Shown here piece by piece: positions 36,266 through 46,762 of a stretch of 64,000 bases of DNA. Position 1 is the stretch's first letter. Every line of letters begins with the position of its first letter. Under the pieces are notes generated by a model. It did not search any database. It was not told the DNA's origin and saw only the letters and a list, made by a program, of their open reading frames with translations. A program made the position numbers and the translations under genes. The DNA is taken from NCBI GenBank assembly GCA_016235455.1, contig JACRKZ010000082.1, positions 1 to 64,000 of the forward strand. Reading direction: 5' to 3'. This DNA comes from Armatimonadota bacterium. GTDB lineage: Bacteria > Armatimonadota > UBA10988.

Positions 36266-38133
36266 CGGCCCAACCCCAGGCGCACCAGATAGAGGAAATA
36301 GGTGCCACTCATCTCGCGCTGCAGCTCCGGGTAGGCGGCCGCCATGCTGCCGCGATTGCGCTTGACGATGGTGCGGAACTGCCAGTAGCGCTCCTGGGCG
36401 GACTCCGGGATGGTCAGGCTCGCCAGGTCAGGCGGGGTCGGCAGCAGATCCCGGCCCAGCAGCGCGGCCTCGGCCCAGGCGCGCGGCAGTTCGGTCACGC
36501 CGCAGTCGCGCAGGCGATGCATCTCCAGCGCGGCATACTCCGGGTGCCCCTCGAGCAGGAAATGCGCGATGAGGTAGTCGAGCGCCATGCGGTTGCGCGG
36601 GTTCTCGCGCAGCAGGCTGGACAGGATTTCGGGGACGAGGTGCCACGCTCGTTCCTCGGCCTTGTCGGCGTAGCGGTTGATGTGCAGCAGGTCGTCGCCG
36701 CGCAGCATCACGGCCCGCCGGCGCAGAACCTCCGGGCTACTGGCGAGCGTCGGGTCGACGGCCAGCCGATGCAGCTCGCGCTGGGCCCAGCGGCGCCAGA
36801 CCAGGTTGTCGCTGAGCGTGCGCAGGTAGGTCCGGGCGGCAGAGCTCATGCCTTTGACCATGTAGAGTTGCGCCAGCCGGCTGAGCACCACTGGGTTGTC
36901 ATCGCCGAGCACCCAGGCGTTGTGCAGCGCATACTCGGCCAGGTTCAGGCGCCCCAGATCCAACCACTGGTCGACCATGCGGATCCGCGTGGCCAGGACA
37001 TATGTCGTCTCGACCGACAGCAGCAGCGCATCGGCGCGCTGCGGCACCTGGAACATGGCCTCACCCAGGCGGCCCTGAGCAAAGAGCGCGCGATTGACAT
37101 CGAACGGCGCCAGCTCGTGCCGCGGTCCGCCACGCTCCAACTCGGCCAGGAGCTGGCCCCATTGGCCGTGCAGCGCGAGGAAGTCCATCCGGGCGCGCTG
37201 GCGGCCGGCCTTGTCGGCGGCGACGGTCGCCGCCAGCACCGCCACGAGGGCCACGAGGGCCACCTCGCCCAGCAGGCGCCGGACGCGACGGCCGCCGGAC
37301 GACGGCGCCGCGCCAGCCCGCGCGGCCCGCCATGCGTGACACCGGGCGCGCAGCGGGTCGGCCACATACACAGCGGCTATCGCCGCCACCGCGTAGAGCA
37401 GCCACAACGACACAGCCAGGTCCACGGTCAGCCGACCAGGCGCGATGCCATAGCGCCACTGCGCCGGCAACGCCTGCAGGCCGAGGAGATCGGCCAACGA
37501 CACCGCAGCCACACCCAGGGCCGGATAGACGGCGAGTGCCAGGCGACGCGACGACCCGGACAACGCGCCACACAGAGCACCGAAGGCCAACACCAACAGG
37601 TATGTCGTGGCTGGGCCGGCCGCGCCCGCGACGCCATAGATCAATGCGGCGAGCAGCACCAGATAGCGCCCTAACCCGGTCGGCCCGGACGCGAAGATCA
37701 GGGCCGACGCCAGCATCGCCACGAGCATCGGCCCGAGCAGGAGCGGCTGGTCATAGCGAGCGGCGAGCAGCATATAGAGCACCACGGGGAGCAACCGCGC
37801 GGCACGCGCGCGGCCGCCCGCCAGGCGCTGGAACAGCGCGCTCGTCAGCACCCCGATGAGCAGCGCGATCACAACGCGCACCAGGACGCCGGCCGCGTTG
37901 AAGGCATCAAGCTGGGCCAGGAACAGCCCTACATAGCGGACCGGTCCGCCCGAGTAGCCCAGCAGGTCCGCGGCGAACCCGCGTGTGCAGGCGAAGGGCG
38001 GCTGCTGTGCCTGGTAGATCAGGTAGGGCTGGACGGCATACACCAGGTGCAGCGAGAACCAGACCAGCAGGAGCCCGTCTATCCGCGCGGTTGTCAACCG
38101 TGCCAACTGCCAGGCTCTGCGCGTTGATGCCAT
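36262..38133 (-). CDS. DUF6057-like membrane protein with a TPR-like soluble domain (copy 1)
   Basis: YQAQQPPF..GG..Y.GLFLAQ, multi-TM N-half, NPRNRMALDYL, GTYFLY at the C-terminus. 4-nt overlap with the propeller gene. Confidence 0.7.
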   Translation of the reverse strand: MASTRRAWQLARLTTARIDGLLLVWFSLHLVYAVQPYLIYQAQQPPFACTRGFAADLLGYSGGPVRYVGLFLAQLDAFNAAGVLVRVVIALLIGVLTSALFQRLAGGRARAARLLPVVLYMLLAARYDQPLLLGPMLVAMLASALIFASGPTGLGRYLVLLAALIYGVAGAAGPATTYLLVLAFGALCGALSGSSRRLALAVYPALGVAAVSLADLLGLQALPAQWRYGIAPGRLTVDLAVSLWLLYAVAAIAAVYVADPLRARCHAWRAARAGAAPSSGGRRVRRLLGEVALVALVAVLAATVAADKAGRQRARMDFLALHGQWGQLLAELERGGPRHELAPFDVNRALFAQGRLGEAMFQVPQRADALLLSVETTYVLATRIRMVDQWLDLGRLNLAEYALHNAWVLGDDNPVVLSRLAQLYMVKGMSSAARTYLRTLSDNLVWRRWAQRELHRLAVDPTLASSPEVLRRRAVMLRGDDLLHINRYADKAEERAWHLVPEILSSLLRENPRNRMALDYLIAHFLLEGHPEYAALEMHRLRDCGVTELPRAWAEAALLGRDLLPTPPDLASLTIPESAQERYWQFRTIVKRNRGSMAAAYPELQREMSGTYFLYLVRLGLGR

Positions 38134-38219
38134 CGTTCCTCGGGTCGGCGCGGCCGCGGGCCGCGCTGGGGCAGGCGCATTATGGCAGCGCTGCGGCGCG
38201 AGCGTCAACCTCGCCAGGC

Positions 38220-39770
38220 TCACCCGTCGGGTGTCTGTGCCTCCTGGCGCTTCTCGGGCTCCGCGGGCCTGGCCGGAGCGGTGCAAGTCGGCGCCAGGGC
38301 GCGCTTGAGTTCGGCGCGCGACACGGTGATCGGCCCGCTGACGAACTCGGGCACGTTGTACGTTGCTGGGTTGCGGTCATCGTCGCGCGGGTCGCGCTGG
38401 GGCAGGACGAACGGCTTGGAGGCGCGCCCCTCAGCGTCGATATAGCGCAGGTAGAGCCGGGCCAGGAGGCCGTTGTCGCGTTTGCTGGCGCAGACCAGCC
38501 AGCGACTGTTGCCCGACCACGCGTGGAACGAGTCATGCCGCGTCGGCGACTCGGCCTCCAGCGGCACGGGCCGGGAGCCGGGCCGCTGCAGGTCGAGCAG
38601 GTACAGGTCGCTGCGCTCGGCAAACACGGGGAAGCTGCCGCTGTCGGTCAGGCTGAACACCAGCCACCGGCCATCGGGCGAGATGCGCGGCTCCAGCGCC
38701 GACCCGCCGGTGTCGCGCGCGGCGACCACCGTCTCGGGCTGGCCGAAGGCGCTGGTGGCGGGATCGTAGGCGGCACGCTGGATGTCGTAGCGCACCCGCG
38801 CCTGCTCCTCGATAGGCATGAACCGGGTCGTCGGCCACAGTCGCGGGGCGCTGGCAAAGTACAGCCAGCGCCCGTCGGGCGACCAGCAGGGGAAGGTGGG
38901 CAGTCGGCCCGGCGGGTTGAGCGCGGTCGGCACGGTCACCCGGCCGCTGTACACATCGTACAGGGCGAGGCTGGAGGCGGCATCGAGCGCGGCCTTGGAG
39001 CGTGGCCCGGCCTGCGGGAAGTACTGCATGATCTTGTTGCGCGAGTAAGCGATGGTCCGACCGCCCGGGTGCCACGAGGCGTACCCGGCAGGCGGCCCGT
39101 CGGGTTGCACCGTGCGCGCGCTGTTGCCCGACACAAGGGTCATGGCGGGCACACCGGCCTTGGGCCGCGAGTGGAAGAGGAACGAGTCAGGCCGCCGGTC
39201 GCGGAAGGTATGGCAGTTCATGCAGCCGCCGCCCACCTCGTCGCGGGTGATGACGGCCCGCTCAACGAAGGAGCGTAGATCGCGCTGACAGATGAGCAGC
39301 GCGCCGGTGGAATTGTAGAACGGGCGGAACCGGCGGTAGACCACGTAGTCGTCCACTGGCTGCTCGGCCACATGGTTGACTACGGGCTCGAACCGCTGCC
39401 AGCGGCCACGGGCGCCGCGCGCGAAGACCTCCAGGCGCAGGTCGCCACCGCGGTTGGCGCTGAGCAGCTCACGCCAACGGCGCTGGGGCAGGCTGATCAC
39501 ACCCGAGCGGCTGGTCACGTCGAGCCGGCGGCCGCGCGCCGCGCTAAGGCGCACGTGGTACCGAGTGCCTGGCTCGGCCACCCGGAGGTTGAGCGGCGCG
39601 ATGTTGGGCGGGATGACCAGCCCGGCGTAATCGGGCCGCAGACGCGGCGCTCGAGCCACCGACTCGCAGCGCCCGGCGGCAGGCGGGCCCGCGGGCCACA
39701 GCCAACGTGCGACCAGCAGCACCGCCAGCGCCGCACCAGCCATGCGCCACCATCTCGGGCGAAGTGTCAT
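38220..39770 (-). CDS. TolB/PD40-like beta-propeller protein with CxxCH (copy 2)
   Basis: Paralog of 34709-36265: PPNIAPLNL, CMNCHTF, PGRLPTFPCWSPDG, GGSALEPRISPDG. Confidence 0.8.
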   Translation of the reverse strand: MTLRPRWWRMAGAALAVLLVARWLWPAGPPAAGRCESVARAPRLRPDYAGLVIPPNIAPLNLRVAEPGTRYHVRLSAARGRRLDVTSRSGVISLPQRRWRELLSANRGGDLRLEVFARGARGRWQRFEPVVNHVAEQPVDDYVVYRRFRPFYNSTGALLICQRDLRSFVERAVITRDEVGGGCMNCHTFRDRRPDSFLFHSRPKAGVPAMTLVSGNSARTVQPDGPPAGYASWHPGGRTIAYSRNKIMQYFPQAGPRSKAALDAASSLALYDVYSGRVTVPTALNPPGRLPTFPCWSPDGRWLYFASAPRLWPTTRFMPIEEQARVRYDIQRAAYDPATSAFGQPETVVAARDTGGSALEPRISPDGRWLVFSLTDSGSFPVFAERSDLYLLDLQRPGSRPVPLEAESPTRHDSFHAWSGNSRWLVCASKRDNGLLARLYLRYIDAEGRASKPFVLPQRDPRDDDRNPATYNVPEFVSGPITVSRAELKRALAPTCTAPARPAEPEKRQEAQTPDG

Positions 39771-41671
39771 TGCCCCAGCCTCGCGTGCGCCACATAGAGG
39801 AAGTAGGTGCCGGCGAACTCGCGCTCCAGCCGTGGCAGTGCCGCGCGCAGGTCGTTGTCGTACTCGGCCACAACGGCTTTGAACCGGCCGTAGCGGCGCG
39901 ATGTGGCCTCATCGATGGCCAGGCCCGAGAGATCGGGCCGCGGGCCAGGCAGATCGAGCGCCACCAGGGCGCCCTCGGCCCAGGCGCGCGGCAGGGCCGT
40001 CTCGCCGAAGTCGCGCAACCGATGCATCTCGGCGGCGGCGAAGTTGGGCCGTCCGGCGAGCAGGAAGTAGGACACCAGGTACTCGAAGGCCATGCGATGC
40101 CGCGGATGGCAGCGCAACGGGCCGGCCAGTACCTCCGGGTCGATGTACCAGGCCCGCTGCTCGGGGCGGTCGGCGTAGCGATTGATGAACAGCAGGTCGT
40201 CCTCGGTCAGCCGGATCGACCGCAGCCGCTGGATCTCGGGGTCGCCGTTGAGGCTCGGATCGACCTCGATCTGGCGAAGCCGCTCACGGGCCCAGCGCCG
40301 CCAGACCAGGTTGTCGAGCAGCATGGTCAGGTACAGCCGGGCCGCGGGCAGCCGGTCGTCGATCAGGTAGACGCGAGCCAGGCGACTGAGCAGAAACGGA
40401 TTGTTGTCGCCCATGACCAGGGTGTTGTGCAGCACGTATTCGGCCAGGTGCAGGCGGCCCAGGTCGATGTACTGGTCGGCCAGCCGCACCCGTGCGGCGA
40501 GTTGGTAGGGCGTGTCCACCGTGAGCAACAGCGAATCGGGGCGCTGTGGCACCGCGAACATCGAACGCGCCAGCAAACCCTGATCGAACAGCGCGCGGTT
40601 GATGTCGTACGTGGCCAGATCGTAGGCGACGGGCCGCGCCGAGGCGGCGGCAAGCAGCTTGCGCCACTGGCCGTGGAGCGCGCAGTAGTCCATGTAGGCG
40701 CGCTGGCCGCCAGCTTCATCCACCGTGACGCGTGTGGCCAGCAGGCTCAGCAGCCCCACCAGCGCCACGTTGCCCAGCAGCCGCAACTCCCCGGGCCGGG
40801 CGCGACGACGGCCGGCATCGGCCGGCGGTCGCTGGGCCCGGCGCTCGGCAAGGCCCTGCCAGCAGCGTGCCAGCGGCTCGGCCAGACCCGTGACCAGCAG
40901 CGCCGCGACCGGATAGAAGCCCAGCAGCGCGATCAGCAGGTAGCCGGTGAAGCGGCTGCGCGGCCCAGCGTAGGTCCAAGATGGCGCGAAGGCATGGAGC
41001 CCGCACCGACTGGCCGCCATGGCCACCAGCGGCGGCACGAGCAGGAACACGACAAACACCGCGACCGCCCGTCCAGGGCGGTCGGTGGCGCGGGCCGCCG
41101 CACAAGCGCAGAGCGTGGCCAACGCGGCCAGCGCCAACCACATCGACAGCGGGCCGGCCGCGCCGGCGGCGGCCACCTGGAACAACATGGCCAGCGGCAG
41201 ATAGACGCGCAAGCGCCGCCCGCCAGCCAGGAAGAGCATCACGGCGCCGAGCGTCGCGACCAACAGCGGGCCAGCCAGCAGCGGCTGGTCGTAGCGCCCG
41301 CAGAGCAGCATGAACAGCGCCATCGGCACGAAGCGCAAGCCCGGCACGCGACGGCCGGCGGCCGCCGCCAGCGCGCGGTCGGTCATCAAGCCGATGAACA
41401 GCGCCTCGCACACGCGGACCAGCGCACCCAACGTGCTGGATGCGTCGCACTGCGCGAGGAACAGGCCCAAATAGCGCAGCAGGCCGCCGGCGCCGAGCAG
41501 CAACGGTTGCGCAAACTCGCGCGTCATGGCAAACGGTGGCTGCTGCGCCTGGTAGATGAGGTACGGCTCCACCATCAGCATCAGGTAGACAGCGAACCAG
41601 ACCAGCAGCCAGCTGTCGCCGCGAACCGCGGCGGCGGCCAGGGCAGTTCGGGCTCTGCGCAACGTATCCAT
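39767..41671 (-). CDS. DUF6057-like membrane protein (copy 2)
   Basis: Paralog of 36262-38133: PYLIYQAQQPPFA, RMAFEYL, LPRAWAE, GTYFLY. Confidence 0.7.
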   Translation of the reverse strand: MDTLRRARTALAAAAVRGDSWLLVWFAVYLMLMVEPYLIYQAQQPPFAMTREFAQPLLLGAGGLLRYLGLFLAQCDASSTLGALVRVCEALFIGLMTDRALAAAAGRRVPGLRFVPMALFMLLCGRYDQPLLAGPLLVATLGAVMLFLAGGRRLRVYLPLAMLFQVAAAGAAGPLSMWLALAALATLCACAAARATDRPGRAVAVFVVFLLVPPLVAMAASRCGLHAFAPSWTYAGPRSRFTGYLLIALLGFYPVAALLVTGLAEPLARCWQGLAERRAQRPPADAGRRRARPGELRLLGNVALVGLLSLLATRVTVDEAGGQRAYMDYCALHGQWRKLLAAASARPVAYDLATYDINRALFDQGLLARSMFAVPQRPDSLLLTVDTPYQLAARVRLADQYIDLGRLHLAEYVLHNTLVMGDNNPFLLSRLARVYLIDDRLPAARLYLTMLLDNLVWRRWARERLRQIEVDPSLNGDPEIQRLRSIRLTEDDLLFINRYADRPEQRAWYIDPEVLAGPLRCHPRHRMAFEYLVSYFLLAGRPNFAAAEMHRLRDFGETALPRAWAEGALVALDLPGPRPDLSGLAIDEATSRRYGRFKAVVAEYDNDLRAALPRLEREFAGTYFLYVAHARLGQ

Positions 41672-41751
41672 CAGCTCACCACGGCGATTATCCATGCCGG
41701 CCGGTGGCGAAGTCAAACCAGGCCGCGGGCGCGACCACCGTGCGCCCGGCC

Positions 41752-44700
41752 CTACGGGTACGTCCCGGGCGCATAGGTCGTCAGTCGCAGGCTGCGCACC
41801 TCGCCGGCGCCGGGCCCCGAGCGCACCAACTCAAGCTCGTTCGGCCCGTCATAGCGCAGCCAGCCGCCGATCTCGAGCATCATGCGCGGGCCAAACAGGT
41901 GATGGTGCCGTCGCACGAAGGTGCCATTGACGATCACGCCCAGCAGGCTGGTGGGCGCGTCGACATCGAGCATGACCCGCTTGCCGCGCCAGGACTCGGG
42001 CACGGTCACCTGCCGTCGGGCCATGGTGCCGCTCCAGGCACCCGGCAGCGGACGCGGCGCTTCGCGGCTCAAGCCGTCGGGGCTGGGCTCCCAGGCGCCA
42101 GCCAGGTCGAGCGTCGATTCGGGCTTGGGGATGAAGGCCAGCCAGCAGGTACCACGCGGTCCGCCTACCGCGCCGGCGCAACGTGCCTCCACGGCCAGCG
42201 TGTGCGTCGAGCCGGCGGTCAGCCGGCCGCCGCAGTCGTCGCCCTGCAGGCCGTCGGCGCGCCAGTCCTGCAGCAGTGTGCCATCGAGCCAGATCCGCCC
42301 CTGATCGACAAACGTTGTGTTGAAGAAGCTGCGCAGCCAGAGCCGCACCTCGCCATCGCGCCAGGCCGCCGGCACTGTGAACCGGCGGCGGAACAGAACC
42401 CGCTTGACCCCGGCGCGGCCCGGCCAGGTCCACACGCCCAGCCGGTCATGCGGCCAGGCCTTGTCGTCCACCTCGGTCTTGGCCATCGGCGCGGCATCCT
42501 CGTCGCCAGCCATCGCGCGGATCGACCAGTCTTGCGACAGGTCGTGAGCGAACCGCGCCGTCGGCTCGGGCAAGGGCGGCGTGTTGGCCGGGATCACCGG
42601 CGCTCGCCACCAACTCCGTTGCAGTTCGAGCCAGCGGAGCCCGGCGCGCGGCAACTGCCCCTTGGGGCTCAGCAGCACCACCGCGTCGTAAGGCGCCAGG
42701 GTGATGCCCGTGGCCGAGGCCGGCTGGCCGTCGCGCACGTTGATCAGCGTGGTCGGCGCCCGCCGGTCGCGGAAGGTCAGGTCCGTGGTCACCGTTCTCG
42801 TGCCGCTCTGGTTCCACAGCGTCCACACGTCATACAGGCCGTTGTTGGTCTCCCAGCTACGCAGCAGCACTTCCTCGGCGTTGACCGTCGCGGGCACGCG
42901 CGGCACCTGGCGCCAGGCCAGCAGTTGGCCCATCAGCCTGGCCAGGCGCTGCATTTCGGGGCTGTTGCCGCCGGGCTCCACGCGGTCGAACATGCTCCGC
43001 CCGTGGAACCGGCAACCCACCTGCACCACGAAGCCCCGGCCCATGGGCCGCAGGCCCACGGCCGTGCTGCCGTCGGCCCACCGCAGGAGATCGCGGCATT
43101 CGGGCGCCACTTTGGCCAGCGACAGGCCGTTGGCCGGCACGTCGCGCCAGTCGGCCGCGGGCAGGATGCTCTCGCCGTCGATGCCGGCCAGCCGGCGCGA
43201 CGCATCCACCGGGTCGATGGCCGCCACGCGATAGCCGGTGAGCCGCGCGATGGGCCAGCTATCAGGCTCGGTGGGTGTGTGTCGGCCGGTCTGAGCATAG
43301 GTGACGAAGGTGCCGCCGGCACGCACCCAGGCCTCGACGCGGTCGACCAGCCGGGGTTCCATGATGGTCGTGTTCGTGTCGAGGATGACGCGGTACCTGG
43401 CCGCCGAACCGCCAGGCACCAGGTCGGACTCCGAGATGGCGTCGCGCTGGTAGTCCGACCGCAGCACGGCGCCCACGTTCCACCGCCAGTAGCCAGCGCC
43501 GAGGTTGACCGACGGGTCATCGCCCCACGGCCATTCGGTCAGGGCGTTGGCCCGCGCGCTCATCAGAAGCGCCACCTGCGCCGCGGGCTGATGGAACTTG
43601 CCAATGAGGTGGATGACGTTCTGCTGCGCTTCGAAGTGCTCACGCATGGGCTGGTTCCACATCACGTTGCCCATGTGGATGAAGTAGTCCAGGCCTTGGA
43701 TGCCCTCGCTCAGCCACAGCCCGAGTTGCTTCTTGAACTCGGGCAGGTCGCTCGCCGGCCCGCCTGGCTCGCACGAGAACGGCAGACCCGCGCCACGCAT
43801 GAGCATGGGCAACGGTTCGGCATAGAAGCCACCCATATACCCGGTGTTGTGGAAGTTGCCGCCCAGCGATACGGCCAACTGCTTCAGCCCGTCGGCATAA
43901 CCATCGGGCGCCATGAGCGTGATCTGGCGGTTAGGGTCGGCCTGCCGGATCATGGTCATGCCACGCCGGCAGGTCTCCACGCGCGACCAGCCGATCCAGT
44001 CCACCAGATCGACCCACTGCGCGTTGCGCTGTGGCCCGAGCGCCGGGTACTGCAGCGGAGCGTCGCCCGACAGGTAGACCCGGTAGCCCAGGTAGCCTTG
44101 AGGCACGCTCAGCGTGATCTGGTTGTCGCCGTCGCGCAGCACGTCGGTCACGTCGGCCGCCACCCAGTGCGGCACGGGGTGCTTGACTGGCGTCTCGCTG
44201 ACCTTGCGCCCATTGACCCACACCGCCACCGGCTTGCCCCAGTCCTGGTTGAGGTCCCACAGATAGAGGAAGCGCTTGGCATGGGCCGCGCGCCAGGCCG
44301 CGGGCACGGCGACCGTGCGGCGGTACAGCGCGCGCTTCCGGGGCAGGAACATGGTGCGGTCGTGGCCCGGCGCGACCACGGTGGGCCAGGCCGAATCATC
44401 GAACTGCGCCGACGACCACGCCGCCGGCGAGTCAGCCTCGGGATAGGCCACGCGCCAGGCGCCGCTCAGGTCGATCGCCTGCGGCCCCCAGCCCAGGAAC
44501 GAGGCCAGCTCGGGCACCCGCACGTCGTCCCAGGTGGGTAGCCGGCCCGGCTCGCCATACCAGCGGCGGCTGATGGTCGCCAGGTCGCCATACGTCGCCC
44601 GCAGGTACCGCCGATAGCCCGCGTCGGCCACGGGACCGTGTTCGAGTAGGATGTCGAACGCGCCATGCTTCAGTTCACCGTGCGGCTCGAGCCAGGTGGT

Positions 44701-45552
44701 GATGTTGGGGTAATCGCGATAGCGCTTGACCGTCGACTGCAGCAACGCCATCTCAGCGTCGGCCGCCGTCGTGGCATTCCACGACAGCACGCCCATGCCG
44801 CCAAGCCCAGGGTCGGCGACCGAATGGAAGCTGCCGCAGTACTGGGGCATCTTGCCGATGGCCTGGTCGCGGTAGCGGTTCAGCAACCACGACGGCTGGC
44901 TGCAACTGATGTTGATGCCGACGGGCAGCATCTGCTCGCGCGCGGCGCGCAGGCCCCAGTCCCACCAGACGTCGTTGAGCAGCCCCTCAGCCGTGTCGAC
45001 CTGATTGACCTCCTGCCAGAAGACCAGCCCGCTGTGGCCCTGCTGCGCCAGCCAGGGGAACTCGGCCGCGGTGTCGTAGGTGGCATCGTTCTGGTCCCGG
45101 GGTCGCTCCCAAGGCCGGTAGTAGAAGCGGAAGCCGTACTTGTCCCAGCGGTCCAGCCACATGGGCACCGGCACCTCGGCGGCAAACTGCGCACCGTCCG
45201 CGACGTGGCGGCCCCGCAGCGTGGCCAGGTCGCGGTCGTCCGCGGCGGCCAGGATGACCACCTCGTGACCCACCCGCGCCGCGGCGGTCCAGCCCTGGCC
45301 GGCCACCTGCCAGGCCCGGCCAACCCGTGTCACGCCCGGCAACAGCGCCAGGTCGGAGTGATACTTGGCGGCCAGGAGCTGTGCGTGCGGCGCGTCTGCA
45401 CAAGTCACCCGCAACACCGAGGCGGCGCCGCCCGGCAAGTCGACTGACGACTGCTGACCACTGACTGGGCCGAAGCCGCGCAGCGCTGTCTGCGGCAGTT
45501 CCTGGGCCCACGCACTGGCCGCCAGCAGACAGATCACCAGCCCAAATCGCAT
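41752..45552 (-). CDS. Large secreted beta-galactosidase-like (GH42-like) protein with galactose-binding-like modules
   Basis: Signal MRFGLVICLL after GGAGAG. WLEPHGE, FSCEPG, trimerisation-like WVRAGGTFV, IDLSGAW and FDDSAW modules. Confidence 0.65.
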   Translation of the reverse strand: MRFGLVICLLAASAWAQELPQTALRGFGPVSGQQSSVDLPGGAASVLRVTCADAPHAQLLAAKYHSDLALLPGVTRVGRAWQVAGQGWTAAARVGHEVVILAAADDRDLATLRGRHVADGAQFAAEVPVPMWLDRWDKYGFRFYYRPWERPRDQNDATYDTAAEFPWLAQQGHSGLVFWQEVNQVDTAEGLLNDVWWDWGLRAAREQMLPVGINISCSQPSWLLNRYRDQAIGKMPQYCGSFHSVADPGLGGMGVLSWNATTAADAEMALLQSTVKRYRDYPNITTWLEPHGELKHGAFDILLEHGPVADAGYRRYLRATYGDLATISRRWYGEPGRLPTWDDVRVPELASFLGWGPQAIDLSGAWRVAYPEADSPAAWSSAQFDDSAWPTVVAPGHDRTMFLPRKRALYRRTVAVPAAWRAAHAKRFLYLWDLNQDWGKPVAVWVNGRKVSETPVKHPVPHWVAADVTDVLRDGDNQITLSVPQGYLGYRVYLSGDAPLQYPALGPQRNAQWVDLVDWIGWSRVETCRRGMTMIRQADPNRQITLMAPDGYADGLKQLAVSLGGNFHNTGYMGGFYAEPLPMLMRGAGLPFSCEPGGPASDLPEFKKQLGLWLSEGIQGLDYFIHMGNVMWNQPMREHFEAQQNVIHLIGKFHQPAAQVALLMSARANALTEWPWGDDPSVNLGAGYWRWNVGAVLRSDYQRDAISESDLVPGGSAARYRVILDTNTTIMEPRLVDRVEAWVRAGGTFVTYAQTGRHTPTEPDSWPIARLTGYRVAAIDPVDASRRLAGIDGESILPAADWRDVPANGLSLAKVAPECRDLLRWADGSTAVGLRPMGRGFVVQVGCRFHGRSMFDRVEPGGNSPEMQRLARLMGQLLAWRQVPRVPATVNAEEVLLRSWETNNGLYDVWTLWNQSGTRTVTTDLTFRDRRAPTTLINVRDGQPASATGITLAPYDAVVLLSPKGQLPRAGLRWLELQRSWWRAPVIPANTPPLPEPTARFAHDLSQDWSIRAMAGDEDAAPMAKTEVDDKAWPHDRLGVWTWPGRAGVKRVLFRRRFTVPAAWRDGEVRLWLRSFFNTTFVDQGRIWLDGTLLQDWRADGLQGDDCGGRLTAGSTHTLAVEARCAGAVGGPRGTCWLAFIPKPESTLDLAGAWEPSPDGLSREAPRPLPGAWSGTMARRQVTVPESWRGKRVMLDVDAPTSLLGVIVNGTFVRRHHHLFGPRMMLEIGGWLRYDGPNELELVRSGPGAGEVRSLRLTTYAPGTYP

Positions 45553-45752
45553 CGCGCACTCTCCGCTGCGCCTCTTCGTGCCGACGAGTCGGTCACCTGC
45601 CCCAGCCAGCGCGGGCAGACCGTGTTTTGCGCTGCGCGCGCCGCCGGCCCCATGCCCCGATCCGACGGTATTTCTGCGTGTCGGAGCATTCAACGCTTTC
45701 CGGCAGATCATAGGTCTGGACGTCAGCGCGCAGGTACGTCACACTAAGCCCT

Positions 45753-45772
45753 GATCATGCTGCGGCATGATC
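45753..45772 (+). promoter_or_regulatory. Palindrome immediately upstream of the pilin-like gene RBS
   Basis: GATCATGC-TGCG-GCATGATC followed by GAGAGGAG. Confidence 0.4.
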
Positions 45773-45789
45773 GAGAGGAGTAGCACATC

Positions 45790-46488
45790 ATGAAACAGAA
45801 GCGAGCCTTCACGCTCATCGAGCTGCTGGTGGTCATCGCCATCATCGCGATCCTCGCGGCAATCCTGTTCCCGGTGTTTGCCAAGGCCCGGGAGAAGGCG
45901 CGAACCTCGAGCTGCGCGAGCAATGAGAAGCAGATCGGCGTGGCTCTGACGCAGTACGTGCAGGACTACGACGAGCGCTATCCGGCGCGCAACGATGCCC
46001 AGGGCATCTACTGGTCGCAGGTCATTCAGCCCTACGTCAAGAGCACTCAGACCTTCGCCTGCCCGTCGAACACCTACAACGCCAACGCCTGCGTCGGCGT
46101 GATCCAGGGCTATCCAGCCATCCCGCGCTCTTACGGCATCAATGAGCGCATCTGTGTGCAGTCACTGGCCTCGATCAACGCTCCGGCGCAGAAGATCATC
46201 GTGGCCGAGATTGCCCGTCAGAACTGGAACGATGTCGGCAGCAACTGGTGGAGCGGCACCGGCAACTGGGACCAGCTCTTCGCCGGTCACAACCAGATGG
46301 CCAACTACCTGTTCTGCGACGGCCACGTCAAGATCATGAAGCCGACCGCCACCATGGCCTCCTTCAACATGTGGGGTTGGTTCAATGCGGGCGGTCCTGG
46401 CGACCCCGGCGCCGCCGCGCGCATCAACGACGACACCGTCTACCCGAACCCGCTCACCGGGCTCAAGAACCTCGAGAACCTGTACTGA
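45790..46488 (+). CDS. DUF1559 prepilin-type N-terminal cleavage/methylation protein with H-X9-DG motif (copy 1)
   Basis: [38 protein letters not shown] and [13 protein letters not shown]. Confidence 0.93.
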   Translation: MKQKRAFTLIELLVVIAIIAILAAILFPVFAKAREKARTSSCASNEKQIGVALTQYVQDYDERYPARNDAQGIYWSQVIQPYVKSTQTFACPSNTYNANACVGVIQGYPAIPRSYGINERICVQSLASINAPAQKIIVAEIARQNWNDVGSNWWSGTGNWDQLFAGHNQMANYLFCDGHVKIMKPTATMASFNMWGWFNAGGPGDPGAAARINDDTVYPNPLTGLKNLENLY

Positions 46489-46524
46489 TGACCAGCTGAG
46501 GCTCTGCCCGGCGGAGCCAGCGCG

Positions 46525-46566
46525 ACGGTGCCCGCGGCCCAGTGCCGCGGGCACCGTTCTTTTGTT
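46525..46566 (+). terminator. Rho-independent terminator after pilin copy 1
   Basis: 14-bp stem ACGGTGCCCGCGGC/GCCGCGGGCACCGT, 5-nt loop, then TCTTTTGTT. Confidence 0.8.
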
Positions 46567-46671
46567 GGGGCCAACCCAGACTACGAAATAGCAGTGCATC
46601 ACAGTGAGAATATAGGCACGGCCAGCAGCATGACAATGTCGACATTCTGTCACAGCGCGACCTATTTCGTC

Positions 46672-46719
46672 TTGATTTTAGGATTGATACTCGCCATTAT
46701 TGGGAAGAAGATCCATACT
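46672..46719 (+). promoter_or_regulatory. Putative promoter(s) for pilin copy 2
   Basis: TTGATT-17-CATTAT and TCGCCA-17-CATACT in an AT-rich spacer. Confidence 0.4.
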
Positions 46720-46762
46720 GAGCGGGTCGCCGGTTCTGACCAACGACAAGGAGTATCGCACC

